DNA of 64,000 nt from Nitrosarchaeum sp. Lineage in GTDB: Archaea > Thermoproteota > Nitrososphaeria > Nitrososphaerales > Nitrosopumilaceae. Below the pieces are notes generated by a model that ran no database searches, was not told the DNA's origin, and saw only the letters and a list, made by a program, of their open reading frames with translations. Shown here one piece after another: positions 35,028-46,110 of this stretch (positions are counted from its first letter, which is position 1; each line of letters starts with the position of its first letter). A program made the position numbers and the translations under genes. The stretch is taken from assembly GCA_965223865.1 (NCBI GenBank), contig OZ245020.1, forward strand, positions 352,001 to 416,000, given 5' to 3'.

Positions 35028-35780
35028 ATGACTGGAAATAAAGTTGAATCGTTTCTTAAATCTGAATTAAAAAAGAAAAATGCATTATTGTTTGTTTTAA
35101 TTGATTCTGAAGTATCGAATATAGAATCTTCAAGTAAACTTGCAAAAGAAGTAGAAAAGATAGGAGCATCTGCCATTTTAGTAGGTGGCTCATCGGCTAC
35201 AGACCAAATGGAGATGGCTCAGGTCGTAAAAGGTATTAAAAAAGGAATTAAAATTCCAATCATTCTCTTTCCTGGAAATGTCACAGGAGTCGTACCTGAC
35301 GCTGATGCAATTTTATTTAGTTCCTTGATGAATTCTGAAAATCCTTACTTTATCACTCAGGCACAAGCATTAGGTGCACCAAGTGTACTAAAATTTGGTT
35401 TAGAGCCATTACCTACTGCCTATTTAGTAATAGGTGAGGGAACATCTGCATGGTTTGTAGGGTCTGCAAGAGGAATTCCATTTGACAAACCAAAAATTGC
35501 AGCAGCATATTCACTAGCAGCACAATTTCTAGGAATGAGGTTTGTTTACCTAGAAGCAGGTTCTGGCGCTAAATCAAATATCACCCCTGAAATGGTTAAA
35601 ATGGTACGAAAATTATTCAATGGATTTCTTATTGTTGGTGGCGGAATTAAGGACGTAAAGACTGCCTCTGGATTAGTAAAAGCAGGAGCTGATGCACTAG
35701 TAATTGGAACTTTCCTAGAAAAGGGAGGAAGTATAAAAAAACTAGAAGAAATAGCAAAAGCAATTCAAAGAAGCAAGTAA
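35028..35780 (+). CDS. Geranylgeranylglyceryl phosphate synthase
   Basis: ILVGGS, LFPG, YLEAGSGA, VGGGI. Confidence 0.93.
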   Translation: MTGNKVESFLKSELKKKNALLFVLIDSEVSNIESSSKLAKEVEKIGASAILVGGSSATDQMEMAQVVKGIKKGIKIPIILFPGNVTGVVPDADAILFSSLMNSENPYFITQAQALGAPSVLKFGLEPLPTAYLVIGEGTSAWFVGSARGIPFDKPKIAAAYSLAAQFLGMRFVYLEAGSGAKSNITPEMVKMVRKLFNGFLIVGGGIKDVKTASGLVKAGADALVIGTFLEKGGSIKKLEEIAKAIQRSK

Positions 35781-35792
35781 TAGGACAATATT

Positions 35793-38700
35793 ATGTCCGA
35801 AAATGACGCTATTTCACGAATTAGTGGCATTAAGATGCCAAATTATTATCAAAACTATTACTCGGAACTCTCAAATGAAACTTATACAATTTTTGAGAAA
35901 GCCGCTACTGCAAAATCTAGCCTTGTAGATTCTTCAGGAATAATAGAGCCGAAAATCGCATTTGATCTAGCGGATCGTGTAGCAAAAATGCACGAAATTG
36001 ATATTGCTGAACCACTTAGAGAATTATTAAAAATCAATGGTAAAGAACTATCAGCCTTAATTCTATCAAAAGAGATTGCCTTAGGAAAATACACACTTCC
36101 TGACTCAACTTTGGAAGAAAAACTGGATTTGGCAGTAAGAGTAGGACTTGCTATTGTAACTGAAGGAGTCACAATAGCCCCTTTACAAGGAATTAGTGAA
36201 GTAAAGATAAAGAAAAACAAGGATGAATCTGAATATCTTTCAGTTTCTATTGCAGGCCCAATGCGTTCTGCGGGTGGAACAGAATCAGCAGTAACTATGC
36301 TTTTGGCAGATCATGTAAGAAAAGCAGTAAAACTATCAAAATATCAGGCCAACTCATTTGATGATGAAACTGGCAGATTTATAGAAGAATTAAGAATCTA
36401 TGAAAGAGAAGCTAGCAGTTTTCAATTTCATATATTAGATGAGGATATTGAGACGGTGATTTCTAATCTTCCTGTTGAACTTGATGGAGTCGATACAGAT
36501 CCTTTTGAAGTTGTCAATCATAAGGGAATGACACGCATAAAAACAGACAGAGTTAGAGGTGGAGCATTAAGAGTTCTAAATGATGGACTAATTGGAAGAT
36601 CTAAAAAATTACTCAAGAGGATTGAATTATACAATTTAGATGGATGGGAATGGCTAGCTGACCTTAAGGGAGCGGTTCAAACTGGAGATAATCAGGAAGA
36701 TGCAGCAGCAAAAAGAATGCGTGAAGTAATTACTGGAAGATCAGTCTTATCTATGCCTAATAAGCTTGGAGGATTCCGTTTAAGATATGGAAGAGCCTGC
36801 AATACCGGTTTTGCCTCTGTTGGAATACATCCAATCATTGCAGAGATTTTAGATCATACAATAGCAGTTGGCACTCAAATCAAAATAGATATTCCTGGGA
36901 AAGGAGCAACCGTAGCATTTGTTGATTCTATTGAAACTCCTACAGTCCGACTAAAAAACGGCAATGTCGTCAAAATTAGAGATGTCAAACATGGAATTGA
37001 AATTAAACAAGAAATTGAAAAAATTCTCCATCTAGGAGATATTCTAATCTCTTTTGGAGACTTTTTAGAAAATAACGCACAACTGGTTCCAACTGGATAT
37101 GTTGAAGAGTATTGGATTGAAGAATTAAGAGAAAAACTAGCAAAATATGAGCCTGATGATAAATATCTAATACAATTTCTTAACAAAACTCCTTCATTAG
37201 ATGATTCCTTGAAACTATCTCTTGATTTTCAAATTCCCCTTCATCCAAAATATCTGTACTTTTGGGACCAAATTTCCACCGAGGACCTAGAAAAACTCCT
37301 TCATCCAATTAAATTAAACAAAAATTCCATCGAATACAATTTAGCAATAAAAAACATCCTTGAAAAACTTGGAGTTCCTCATATCAAAAATAATCAAATT
37401 CTAATTCTGGAAAATCAAGAGGCTGAGATTTTCTTTAATTTGCTTTTTAGAAAAGAGACAAAAATCTCAGATTTATCAGTTCCAAAAATTATCTCAGAAT
37501 CCTCTGAAATAGAAATTAGAAATAAATTCTCAACTTCCATTGGAGTTAGAATTGGAAGACCAGAGAAAGCTGCTCCAAGACTAATGAAGCCTCCAACTCA
37601 TGTTTTGTTCCCAATTAGTGATAAAGGCGGACCAACACGAGATCTTCTTAAAGCTTCAAGACACGACAATTTCTTTACAAATATTTTCAATAGAAATTGT
37701 AATGAATGTGGAGAACCATCAATTGGCATAAAATGCTCAAAATGTGGAACTAAAACCTCTGTGAATTACAGATGTAACAAATGTAAAGATACACTTGATA
37801 ATCCATATTGTGAAAAATGTAAAAGAAAAGCGTCTTCTCATTCTCACAAAGCATTTCCACTAAAAACAAGATTAGTTAACGCCCAAGAAAAGATGGGTCT
37901 TAGGGCTCAAGAGCCATTAAAAGGAGTCAAGGAATTAATCAACCAAGATAGAATTGCTGAACCATTAGAAAAAGGATTGGTACGGCAAAACTTTGGTCTG
38001 ACTGTATTCAAAGACGGAACAGTCAGATTCGATGCTACAAACTCACCTCTTACTCAATTCAAACCTTCATGGATTGGTATATCAATTGAAAAGCTAAAAA
38101 CTTTGGGATATACCCATGATATCGATGGGAATCCCATCACAGATTTGGACCAAACCATAGAACTTAGAATGCAGGATGTTATAATCCCAAATGAAAGTGG
38201 TAGGTATCTAGTTTCTGTATGTAAGTACATTGATACTCTATTAGACAAGTTTTATGGAAAATCACCATTTTACAACGTAAAAAGCACTGATGAGCTAATT
38301 GGTCACCTGATCATAGGTTTAGCTCCTCATACATCAGTTGGAATTGTAGGAAGAATTATTGGTTATACCGAAACCCATGTTTGTTTTGCAACCCCAAATT
38401 GGCATTCAGCTAAAAGGCGTGATGCTGATGGTGATGCAGATTCTATAATGCTTCTAATGGATAGTCTCTTGAATTTTTCAAGACAGTTTCTCTCTGACAG
38501 GATTGGTGGGTTAATGGATGCTCCATTGCTTGTTCAACCACTAGTCCTTCCCCACGAATCACAACCACAAGCGCACAATCTAGAGGTAGGACAAAATTTC
38601 CCTCTTGAATTTTTCGAGGATACAATAAAACAAAAAAAAGCATCAGATACAACATGTGTTGAAATCATAAAATCACGTCTAGAAACTGAAAAGCAATTTT

Positions 38701-39170
38701 ATGGATATGACTTTACCCATAACACATCATCTCTTACAACATCAAAATCAAGAAGTGCATATTCAACACTTGGCTCAATGCTTGATAAATTTGACATGCA
38801 AATAAGAAATGCTGAAATGATTGATGCTGTAAACACAACCGAGATTGTATCAAACGTAATTTCAACTCATTTAGTTCCAGATATCATGGGAAATCTAAGA
38901 GCATATGCAAGACAAAATTTTCGATGTACTGGTTGCGGAAAATCTTTCCGTCGGATGCCATTAATCCAAACATGTGTATGCGGTCACAAACTTATCCCTA
39001 CCATCACAAGGGGTTCAGTAGAAAAATATCTCAAGATTGCAAAGAGACTTGTTAACAAGTATGATGTGGGTGCATATCAGAAAGGAAGAATTCATGTACT
39101 ATCTGATGAGATTGATCTAGTTTTTGGAAAAAGTCAAGGCGATCAATCACTCCTTACAGACTATGCCTAA
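35793..39170 (+). CDS. polC: DNA polymerase D large subunit DP2
   Basis: AGPMRSAGGT, GGFRLRYGR, AKRRDADGDAD catalytic motif, Zn fingers; no intein. Confidence 0.97.
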   Translation: MSENDAISRISGIKMPNYYQNYYSELSNETYTIFEKAATAKSSLVDSSGIIEPKIAFDLADRVAKMHEIDIAEPLRELLKINGKELSALILSKEIALGKYTLPDSTLEEKLDLAVRVGLAIVTEGVTIAPLQGISEVKIKKNKDESEYLSVSIAGPMRSAGGTESAVTMLLADHVRKAVKLSKYQANSFDDETGRFIEELRIYEREASSFQFHILDEDIETVISNLPVELDGVDTDPFEVVNHKGMTRIKTDRVRGGALRVLNDGLIGRSKKLLKRIELYNLDGWEWLADLKGAVQTGDNQEDAAAKRMREVITGRSVLSMPNKLGGFRLRYGRACNTGFASVGIHPIIAEILDHTIAVGTQIKIDIPGKGATVAFVDSIETPTVRLKNGNVVKIRDVKHGIEIKQEIEKILHLGDILISFGDFLENNAQLVPTGYVEEYWIEELREKLAKYEPDDKYLIQFLNKTPSLDDSLKLSLDFQIPLHPKYLYFWDQISTEDLEKLLHPIKLNKNSIEYNLAIKNILEKLGVPHIKNNQILILENQEAEIFFNLLFRKETKISDLSVPKIISESSEIEIRNKFSTSIGVRIGRPEKAAPRLMKPPTHVLFPISDKGGPTRDLLKASRHDNFFTNIFNRNCNECGEPSIGIKCSKCGTKTSVNYRCNKCKDTLDNPYCEKCKRKASSHSHKAFPLKTRLVNAQEKMGLRAQEPLKGVKELINQDRIAEPLEKGLVRQNFGLTVFKDGTVRFDATNSPLTQFKPSWIGISIEKLKTLGYTHDIDGNPITDLDQTIELRMQDVIIPNESGRYLVSVCKYIDTLLDKFYGKSPFYNVKSTDELIGHLIIGLAPHTSVGIVGRIIGYTETHVCFATPNWHSAKRRDADGDADSIMLLMDSLLNFSRQFLSDRIGGLMDAPLLVQPLVLPHESQPQAHNLEVGQNFPLEFFEDTIKQKKASDTTCVEIIKSRLETEKQFYGYDFTHNTSSLTTSKSRSAYSTLGSMLDKFDMQIRNAEMIDAVNTTEIVSNVISTHLVPDIMGNLRAYARQNFRCTGCGKSFRRMPLIQTCVCGHKLIPTITRGSVEKYLKIAKRLVNKYDVGAYQKGRIHVLSDEIDLVFGKSQGDQSLLTDYA

Positions 39171-40493
39171 CTATCGTAATTTTACGTATTCATAAGCACC
39201 AAGACTATTATCAAAACAAAACTTGATCTTTTGATAGTTTTTTCTCATTGCCTTTACCTTTGATAGAATCTTCTTTGGATCTTTTTTCTCAATTACAACT
39301 TTTTTAATTAAATCTGCTATCTCTTTCATATCATTTTTCTTCATGCCAAGTCTTGTAATTTCTGAAACTCCTAGTCTAATTCCACCTGGATGAAAGTAAT
39401 TACGACCTGCTTTAATGTCACCTGGAATCAATTGTCTGTTAACAATTATGTTGGCTTTTTCCAAATCTGCTTCTACTTTACCACCATCAGAATAGTCTAG
39501 AACATTTACTGCAATCTGATGTGATTGTGTGAATCCTCTACTTTCACCTAAAACTTTGAAACCAACATCACTTAGAGCCTCTGCAAAAGATTTAGCATTT
39601 TTTATTACTTGACTTGCATAATCCTTTCCAAACTCTAATGCTTCTGCAAAGGTAACTGCCTTTGCTGCCATATGATGAATATGATGACTACTTGTTAATC
39701 CTGGGAAAGTTGCTTTCTTTATTGGCTCTTCATGTTCTTTAGAACCTAGAACAAGTCCTCCTTGAGGACCAAATAATGTCTTATGAGTACTCATAGTCAT
39801 AGTATCAGCACCTTCTCTTAATGGGTCTTGAAATTTTCCACCCGCAATTAGACCTGCAACATGAGCAGCATCATAGTTTATGTGCATTCCATAACTCTTT
39901 AGAAAATCAGACAATTCCTTGACAGGATGCGGAAATAAGAATAATGAACCACCAAACATCGCCATTTTTGGAAGGCGATTTTCCTTTTTTAGCTCCTTGA
40001 CTTTCATTTTTGTCTTATCAACATCAATTGTCATCTCTTGGGCATCAAATGGATAAAATTCAATTTCTAATCCATGAACCAATCCTGCTGTTCCTGAATG
40101 TTCTCTTTTACCATGAGAGATGTGTCCACCTGCGGGAATTGATGGTGCTAACATTACATCTCCTGGATTTGTAAAAGCAGAATAAACTGCAAGATTTGCT
40201 ACTACTCCTGAAATTGGTCTTACATCTGCAAATTTTGCTCGATATAGTTTCTTTGCAAGTTTCATACACTCAAACTCTACATCATCAATGAAGATACATC
40301 CTGCATACACTCTATCGCCGGGCCAACCTTCGGCATATCTATTTCCAAAATCTGAGATTATTGCTTCTCTAACTGCTGGGCTAGGAATGTTTTCACTGGC
40401 AATTAATGGAATGGAATTTTCAAACCACTTGTGATGCTCTTTTAACTTTAAGAAAATTTTATTGTAAGATTCTTTATTTGCAGATTTGGCCAT
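39171..40493 (-). CDS. glyA: Serine hydroxymethyltransferase
   Basis: LIASEN, YAEG, GGHISH, STHKT PLP lysine. Confidence 0.96.
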   Translation of the reverse strand: MAKSANKESYNKIFLKLKEHHKWFENSIPLIASENIPSPAVREAIISDFGNRYAEGWPGDRVYAGCIFIDDVEFECMKLAKKLYRAKFADVRPISGVVANLAVYSAFTNPGDVMLAPSIPAGGHISHGKREHSGTAGLVHGLEIEFYPFDAQEMTIDVDKTKMKVKELKKENRLPKMAMFGGSLFLFPHPVKELSDFLKSYGMHINYDAAHVAGLIAGGKFQDPLREGADTMTMSTHKTLFGPQGGLVLGSKEHEEPIKKATFPGLTSSHHIHHMAAKAVTFAEALEFGKDYASQVIKNAKSFAEALSDVGFKVLGESRGFTQSHQIAVNVLDYSDGGKVEADLEKANIIVNRQLIPGDIKAGRNYFHPGGIRLGVSEITRLGMKKNDMKEIADLIKKVVIEKKDPKKILSKVKAMRKNYQKIKFCFDNSLGAYEYVKLR

Positions 40494-40599
40494 AGTTTGC
40501 AGCTCGATTTTCCCAATTTAAAAACACCGATCTTAACTTTAAGATAAATCCATTTTTGATCTGCAAGGTATAAAAGGGGAATCTAGAGTTTTTCCATCT

Positions 40600-42303
40600 A
40601 TGGGTATGCAAGCAACTTCTAAAGGAAATATGCCTGTGGTTTTGCTAAAAGAAGGCGGAACTGAAACTAAAGGAAAAGAAGCTCAAAAAAACAATATCTC
40701 TGCTGCTAAAATTATTGCTGAAATTGTACATACTAGCTTAGGTCCACGAGGTATGGATAAAATGTTAGTTGACTCATTAGGAGATGTTACTATTACAAAT
40801 GATGGTGCAACCATTCTAAAAGAAATTGATGTTCAACATCCGGCAGCAAAAATGCTCGTAGAAATTTCAAAGACTACTGATAATGAAGTAGGTGATGGAA
40901 CAACTTCTGCAGTTGTATTGGCTGGCGCTCTTCTTGAAAATGCAGAATCACTTTTAGAACAAGATGTCCATCCAACCATAATTGTTGATGGTTATAGAAA
41001 GGCAGGAAAAAAAGCAAAACAATTCCTTGAAAGTATTGCTGATACTATTAACGCAAATGACAAGTCAATTTTAAATAAAATAGCAAAAACCTCGATGCAA
41101 ACAAAATTGGTTAGAAAAGACTCTGATCTCTTAGCTGATATTATTGTAAAATCGGTTCTTGCAGTAGCCGAAAAAGAGGGCGAAAAATATGATGTTGATA
41201 TTGATGATATTAAGGTAGAAAAGAAAGCAGGAGGCTCAATTAAAGACTCTGCAATTATTCAGGGAATAGTTCTTGACAAAGAGATCGTTCATGGCGGAAT
41301 GCCAAGAAAAGTTTCTGATGCAAAGATAGCTCTGATCAACACGGCACTTGAAATTAGCAAAACTGAAACTGATGCTAAAATCAACATTTCAAATCCTCAA
41401 CAACTGAAGACATTCCTTGATGAAGAAAATAGAATGCTCAAGAATATGGTAGACAAAGTAATTGGTTCTGGAGCTAATGTAGTATTGTGTCAAAAAGGAA
41501 TTGATGATATGGCTCAACATTATCTTGCAAAGTCAGGAATTATTGCAGTTAGAAGAATTAAGGAAAGTGATCTTACAAAACTAGCAAAAGCGACAGGTGC
41601 TAGAATTGTAACAAACCTTGATGATCTATTTGAGAAAGATCTTGGAAGTGCAGAATTGGTAGAAGAAAGAAAAATTGAAGAAGACAAATGGGTATTCATT
41701 GAGGGTTGCAGACATCCAAAATCTGTTACACTACTTCTTCGTGGTGGATCTCAAAGAGTTGTTGATGAGGTTGAACGTTCTGTTCATGACGCAATAATGG
41801 TAGTAAAAGATGTTATCGTTAATCCAACAATTGTTGCTGGTGGTGGTGCACCTGAAACCTTTGCTGCAACCAAATTAAGAAACTGGTCAAAATCACTTGA
41901 AGGAAGAGAGCAACTTGCTGCTGAGAAATTTGCCGATGCTCTTGAATCAATTCCATTAACTCTAGCGGAAAATGCCGGAATGGATCCAATTGATACCCTT
42001 ACCTCTTTACGTTCAAAACAACTCAAGGGAGAAAAATGGACCGGAATTGATGTAATGAAAGGAAAAATTGCAAACATGAAATCAAGTGATATTATAGAAC
42101 CTCTTGCAGTAAAGCTTCAAGTTGTATCTGCATCAGCTGAAGCTGCATGTATGATTCTTAGAATTGATGATGTAATTGCCACACAAAAATCTGCAGGTCC
42201 ACCACCAGGTGCTGAAGGTGGCATGCCAGGAATGGGTGGCATGCCAGGAATGGGTGGCATGCCAGGAATGGGTGGCATGCCTGACATGGGTGGAATGATG
42301 TAA
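40600..42303 (+). CDS. ths: Thermosome (group II chaperonin) subunit
   Basis: [17 protein letters not shown]-repeat tail. Confidence 0.97.
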   Translation: MGMQATSKGNMPVVLLKEGGTETKGKEAQKNNISAAKIIAEIVHTSLGPRGMDKMLVDSLGDVTITNDGATILKEIDVQHPAAKMLVEISKTTDNEVGDGTTSAVVLAGALLENAESLLEQDVHPTIIVDGYRKAGKKAKQFLESIADTINANDKSILNKIAKTSMQTKLVRKDSDLLADIIVKSVLAVAEKEGEKYDVDIDDIKVEKKAGGSIKDSAIIQGIVLDKEIVHGGMPRKVSDAKIALINTALEISKTETDAKINISNPQQLKTFLDEENRMLKNMVDKVIGSGANVVLCQKGIDDMAQHYLAKSGIIAVRRIKESDLTKLAKATGARIVTNLDDLFEKDLGSAELVEERKIEEDKWVFIEGCRHPKSVTLLLRGGSQRVVDEVERSVHDAIMVVKDVIVNPTIVAGGGAPETFAATKLRNWSKSLEGREQLAAEKFADALESIPLTLAENAGMDPIDTLTSLRSKQLKGEKWTGIDVMKGKIANMKSSDIIEPLAVKLQVVSASAEAACMILRIDDVIATQKSAGPPPGAEGGMPGMGGMPGMGGMPGMGGMPDMGGMM

Positions 42304-42360
42304 TTCGTCTCAACAACGAATACTCTAAAATTTATTAAATTTCCAACTCCACAATTTACA

Positions 42361-42639
42361 TTGAATAAACAGTCATCTAGAATACTTGCTGGATTCAAGT
42401 ATGTTTATCTAATTGTGTTTTTTGCGTTATTAGCAGGATTTTTTTATCCAATAATTACTGACACAGGTTTTGGTATTGTAATAATTGGAGTACTTGTTTT
42501 GTTTGTTGGTTTAGCGGGCGCTGTCTTAGTCTACAAATCAACTAGCTCTGAGAACCGAAAAGGAATATTTCTTAGTGGAGGATTTGTATTAATTGCTATA
42601 TCACTATTCTATATTTTTCAGCTAACTGGAAGAGTTTAG
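42361..42639 (+). CDS. Small 3-TM membrane protein
   Basis: Hydrophobic helices. Confidence 0.7.
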   Translation: MNKQSSRILAGFKYVYLIVFFALLAGFFYPIITDTGFGIVIIGVLVLFVGLAGAVLVYKSTSSENRKGIFLSGGFVLIAISLFYIFQLTGRV

Positions 42640-44096
42640 ACATCAAAATATAGATAAAATTCATGAGGATGAGGCCTAATTGATATCTCACGTTGGTCTC
42701 TTCTCTCTAATTCTATAATTTTATCAATTACGTCATTTGTATAAATTGGATTAAGGAATTTTCTATCACTTTCTAACTCATCTAAAGCTTCACCTAGACT
42801 CTTTGGTAATACACCAATTCCTCTCTTTGCTCGATCAGATCTTGTCATCTTGAAAATATCATCTAATATTTGATCTCCAGGATCCATCTTCTTCTTGATT
42901 CCATCAAGACCTGCTGCTGTAACTGCTGCAAATACCAAATATGGATTAGATGAAGGATCAGGAGCTCTAAACTCTAATCTCTTAAGATATGAATAATTTT
43001 TTCCTTTGAGATGTTTTGGTACCCTAACTATTGCTGATCTGTTTCCTGAACTCCATGCAATATAGGCAGGTGCTTCATATCCTGGAACAAGTCTGTGATA
43101 GGAGTTTGTTGTAGGATTACAAATAGCAGACAAGGCTTTTGCGTGATTAATTATTCCTCCACAAAAGTATCTTGCAGTTTGACTCAACTCATCACCATCA
43201 TCAGGATCATAGAAGGCATTCTCTTTTCCTTTCCATAAACTAACATTAACGTGCATACCAGAACCTGAATCCATTGCAATTGGTTTTGGCATCATAGTTG
43301 CAACCTTTCCATATTTTTCAGCAACATTTCTAATTACATATTTGTAAGACTGCGCAGCATCTGCAGCATTTGTCATGTAATCATATTTGATATCAATCTC
43401 ACACTGACCAGCAGTTGCTACCTCATGGTGATGATTATCACATAATACTCCGAAATTAGTATTCAAAATATTGACACATTCATTTCTAAATGGTGTTAAG
43501 GTATCTGATGGTGTACTTGGATAATACCCTTCTTGAAGACCCATTGGATAACCTGAGCCCTCTTGACTCCATGGTGCTTCTTTTGATTCAATTGAATATG
43601 ATTGACCTTTGTATGGAGTCAATACATCCCAGTGAATCTTGTCAAAAACAAAAAATTCTACTTCAGGACCCCAAGCACTATAATCAAATCCCTGAGTCTT
43701 GATGTATTCTTCGGCTTTTTGTGAAATTCCTCTGGGATCCCTTGATAATCTTCCTCGGCCTTCTCCCCAATAAACATCACAAAGTAATCTTGCAGTTTTG
43801 TTCTCAGTCATCCATGGAATAATAGCAAAGGTATTTGGATCTGGCTTTAAAAGAAGATCTGAATCTGCAATGCTAGTAAACCCAATAATAGACGAACCAT
43901 CTAGCTTTGGAAGTCCATCTCTCATTTGTTCAGGAGTAAAAGTATTAGCTGATATTGTGGTGTGATGAAAACGACCGGTAAGTCCTGTAAATTGTAAATC
44001 TATAAACTGAATACCCTCATGCTGAATTCTAGAAAATACTTCATCAGGGGAATAGGTTACTTGGATAGCTTTACCATGACTAACTTTATAGGGCAA
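42636..44096 (-). CDS. glnA: Glutamine synthetase type I
   Basis: DGSSI, GPEVEFF, HHEVA, GSGMH, RLVPGYEAP, RLEFR; likely TTG start at 44096 (ORF extends to 44129). Confidence 0.96.
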   Translation of the reverse strand: MPYKVSHGKAIQVTYSPDEVFSRIQHEGIQFIDLQFTGLTGRFHHTTISANTFTPEQMRDGLPKLDGSSIIGFTSIADSDLLLKPDPNTFAIIPWMTENKTARLLCDVYWGEGRGRLSRDPRGISQKAEEYIKTQGFDYSAWGPEVEFFVFDKIHWDVLTPYKGQSYSIESKEAPWSQEGSGYPMGLQEGYYPSTPSDTLTPFRNECVNILNTNFGVLCDNHHHEVATAGQCEIDIKYDYMTNAADAAQSYKYVIRNVAEKYGKVATMMPKPIAMDSGSGMHVNVSLWKGKENAFYDPDDGDELSQTARYFCGGIINHAKALSAICNPTTNSYHRLVPGYEAPAYIAWSSGNRSAIVRVPKHLKGKNYSYLKRLEFRAPDPSSNPYLVFAAVTAAGLDGIKKKMDPGDQILDDIFKMTRSDRAKRGIGVLPKSLGEALDELESDRKFLNPIYTNDVIDKIIELERRDQREISIRPHPHEFYLYFDV

Positions 44097-44147
44097 TTTT
44101 GTACAATCAAACAGAAATACACCCACCATTTAAGGATTAGGTAAGAA

Positions 44148-44705
44148 ATGTCAGAATCAAAACAATTTGATATAAGCGAACTACATCATATTGTTCTCCT
44201 AGAAACAGAGAATGATTCAATTCAAGAGATTGATCCAAACTTTTATCGTCAACTATCAGATTTTATTGGAAATCTAAAAAAACAAGAATTTGATGGTGTA
44301 GAAAGCAAAATCAAAGAAAGGCTAATCCAAATGGCAGCAGAACTTACATCACTTTTAATAAATGTCAGATTAGATAAAATTTCAAAATTAGATAAAATTG
44401 AATTTGAAAATTTATTAGATGAAGAAAAATTTATCCTTGATTCTGAAGAAGAACAACGTGAAAGAACAGAAATGATTCTTTCTGCTACCATTAACGGAAA
44501 ATCAAAATTTCTTGAATCTCTCTCACAAAGCCATAAAACCAAAACAGTTGTCATAAGATTTCTTCAGGAAGTAGATGAAATTGTAGGAGCTGATCTTGAA
44601 AAATATGGGCCATTTAAGACTGAAGATATTGCTACAATCCCATATGAAAACGCTCAGGCATTAATTTCTAAAAATATTGCAACTAAAGTTAGGTGGGAAG
44701 ATTAG
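44148..44705 (+). CDS. GINS subunit (Gins51-like)
   Basis: Helical A domain; C-terminal B domain VGADLEKYGPF..EDIATIP..NA..LI. Confidence 0.85.
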   Translation: MSESKQFDISELHHIVLLETENDSIQEIDPNFYRQLSDFIGNLKKQEFDGVESKIKERLIQMAAELTSLLINVRLDKISKLDKIEFENLLDEEKFILDSEEEQRERTEMILSATINGKSKFLESLSQSHKTKTVVIRFLQEVDEIVGADLEKYGPFKTEDIATIPYENAQALISKNIATKVRWED

Positions 44706-44736
44706 ATAGAAATTATACCTAAAATAATTTCATTTA

Positions 44737-45021
44737 ATGACACACACTGGCGTTGATGTGATTGATTTTCTATTTTATACAATTTACCCAGTAATCGGCA
44801 TATTTGCAATTGAGGCAATAAGCAGGGCAATCAAGGCCCCCAAATGGCTAAAGCTCTGGATACAGGCTGTCGTTGCAATTGGATTTGGAATTTACTATTG
44901 GTTTGTGTTGCCAGAACCAAAAAATTTTCCCTTAACTGCTTTGGTATTATTTGCACTTGCAGTTGCCTTAATTTATCAAGGAAGAAGGGCAAAAATCTCT
45001 CCAGAGAAAAGCCCATACTAG
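44737..45021 (+). CDS. Small 3-TM membrane protein
   Basis: Hydrophobic helices. Confidence 0.7.
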   Translation: MTHTGVDVIDFLFYTIYPVIGIFAIEAISRAIKAPKWLKLWIQAVVAIGFGIYYWFVLPEPKNFPLTALVLFALAVALIYQGRRAKISPEKSPY

Positions 45022-45024
45022 TTT

Positions 45025-45249
45025 CTACTTGAATCTTCCAAACATTCTTTTGAATACATTTGGCTTGTTTGGTCCGCCATCTCTAATTACTTTTCTTTCT
45101 CCAAATCTTTTGGCCCTAATTTGAGATAATTTTACACATCTATGTTCTTCTGGAAGTCTGTGTTCTGAACAAAAAGGATCCTTGCAATAATTGCACTGAA
45201 ACGGCATATCAGTCATATCTCCGCAGTATGCACATTTTTCAGGCTTCAT
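45025..45249 (-). CDS. AN1-type zinc finger protein
   Basis: CAYC...CNYC...FCSEHRLPEEHRC. Confidence 0.9.
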   Translation of the reverse strand: MKPEKCAYCGDMTDMPFQCNYCKDPFCSEHRLPEEHRCVKLSQIRAKRFGERKVIRDGGPNKPNVFKRMFGRFK

Positions 45250-45368
45250 AGCTCTACTAGTATTTTTTCTTCTATTAAACTTGCTACAAATTTACATAGA
45301 TCTGTTTGTAAAGAATTCAAGTAAACATTTTTACCATGAAGAAATAAAAACGAAACAAGTGAAACTCA

Positions 45369-46109
45369 ATGATTAAAGATAAGGTAGCAATAGTAACTGG
45401 TGCGAGTAGCGGAATTGGTTTTGCAACCGCATTAGCCCTATCAAAAGCAGGCGCTAAAGTTGCAATTGGCGCAAGAAGGACCGATAAACTTGCAGAGTTG
45501 GAAAATAAAATTAAAGAAAACGGAGGTGAAGTACTCTCTCAAAAACTTGATGTTACAAAAAAAGAAGAATGTAAGTCATTTGTAGAATCTGTTTTATCAA
45601 AATGGGGCTCTGTAGATATTCTAGTAAATAATGCTGGATTAATGCCTCTAAGTTTTGTAAAAAATTTGAAGATTGACGAATGGGATCAAATGGTCGACGT
45701 CAATATCAAGGGAGTTTTGTATTGTACTGGCGCAGTAGTTTCACATATGCTTGAAAAAAAGTCAGGTCATATTGTAAATATATCATCAGTTGCAGGAAGA
45801 ATCGTTTTTCCAGCAGGTAGTGTCTATTGTGCCACAAAACATGCCATTACTGCATTTAGTGAGGGATTACGAGAAGAACTCAGCGTTAGAAAAAACATTC
45901 GTGTTACATGCATTGAGCCAGGTGTGGTTGCAACCGAATTGACAAATACCATTACTGATGAGTCTTTGCAGGCATTTGTTGAAAATGCAAAGAAAATGGA
46001 ATCTCTACAGGCAGACGATATAGCAAATGCCATTCTTTATGCTGTAGAATCACCAAGCCATGTCAATGTTAATGAAATTTTGATTAGACCTACTACTCAA
46101 GAACGATAA
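45369..46109 (+). CDS. SDR-family oxidoreductase
   Basis: TGASSGIG, NNAG, YCATK. Confidence 0.93.
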   Translation: MIKDKVAIVTGASSGIGFATALALSKAGAKVAIGARRTDKLAELENKIKENGGEVLSQKLDVTKKEECKSFVESVLSKWGSVDILVNNAGLMPLSFVKNLKIDEWDQMVDVNIKGVLYCTGAVVSHMLEKKSGHIVNISSVAGRIVFPAGSVYCATKHAITAFSEGLREELSVRKNIRVTCIEPGVVATELTNTITDESLQAFVENAKKMESLQADDIANAILYAVESPSHVNVNEILIRPTTQER

Positions 46110-46110
46110 A

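Noticed and set aside
42217-42300. 18-bp tandem repeat GGTGGCATGCCAGGAATG
   Set aside because: Encodes the normal GGM tail of chaperonins; not a CRISPR array or VNTR system
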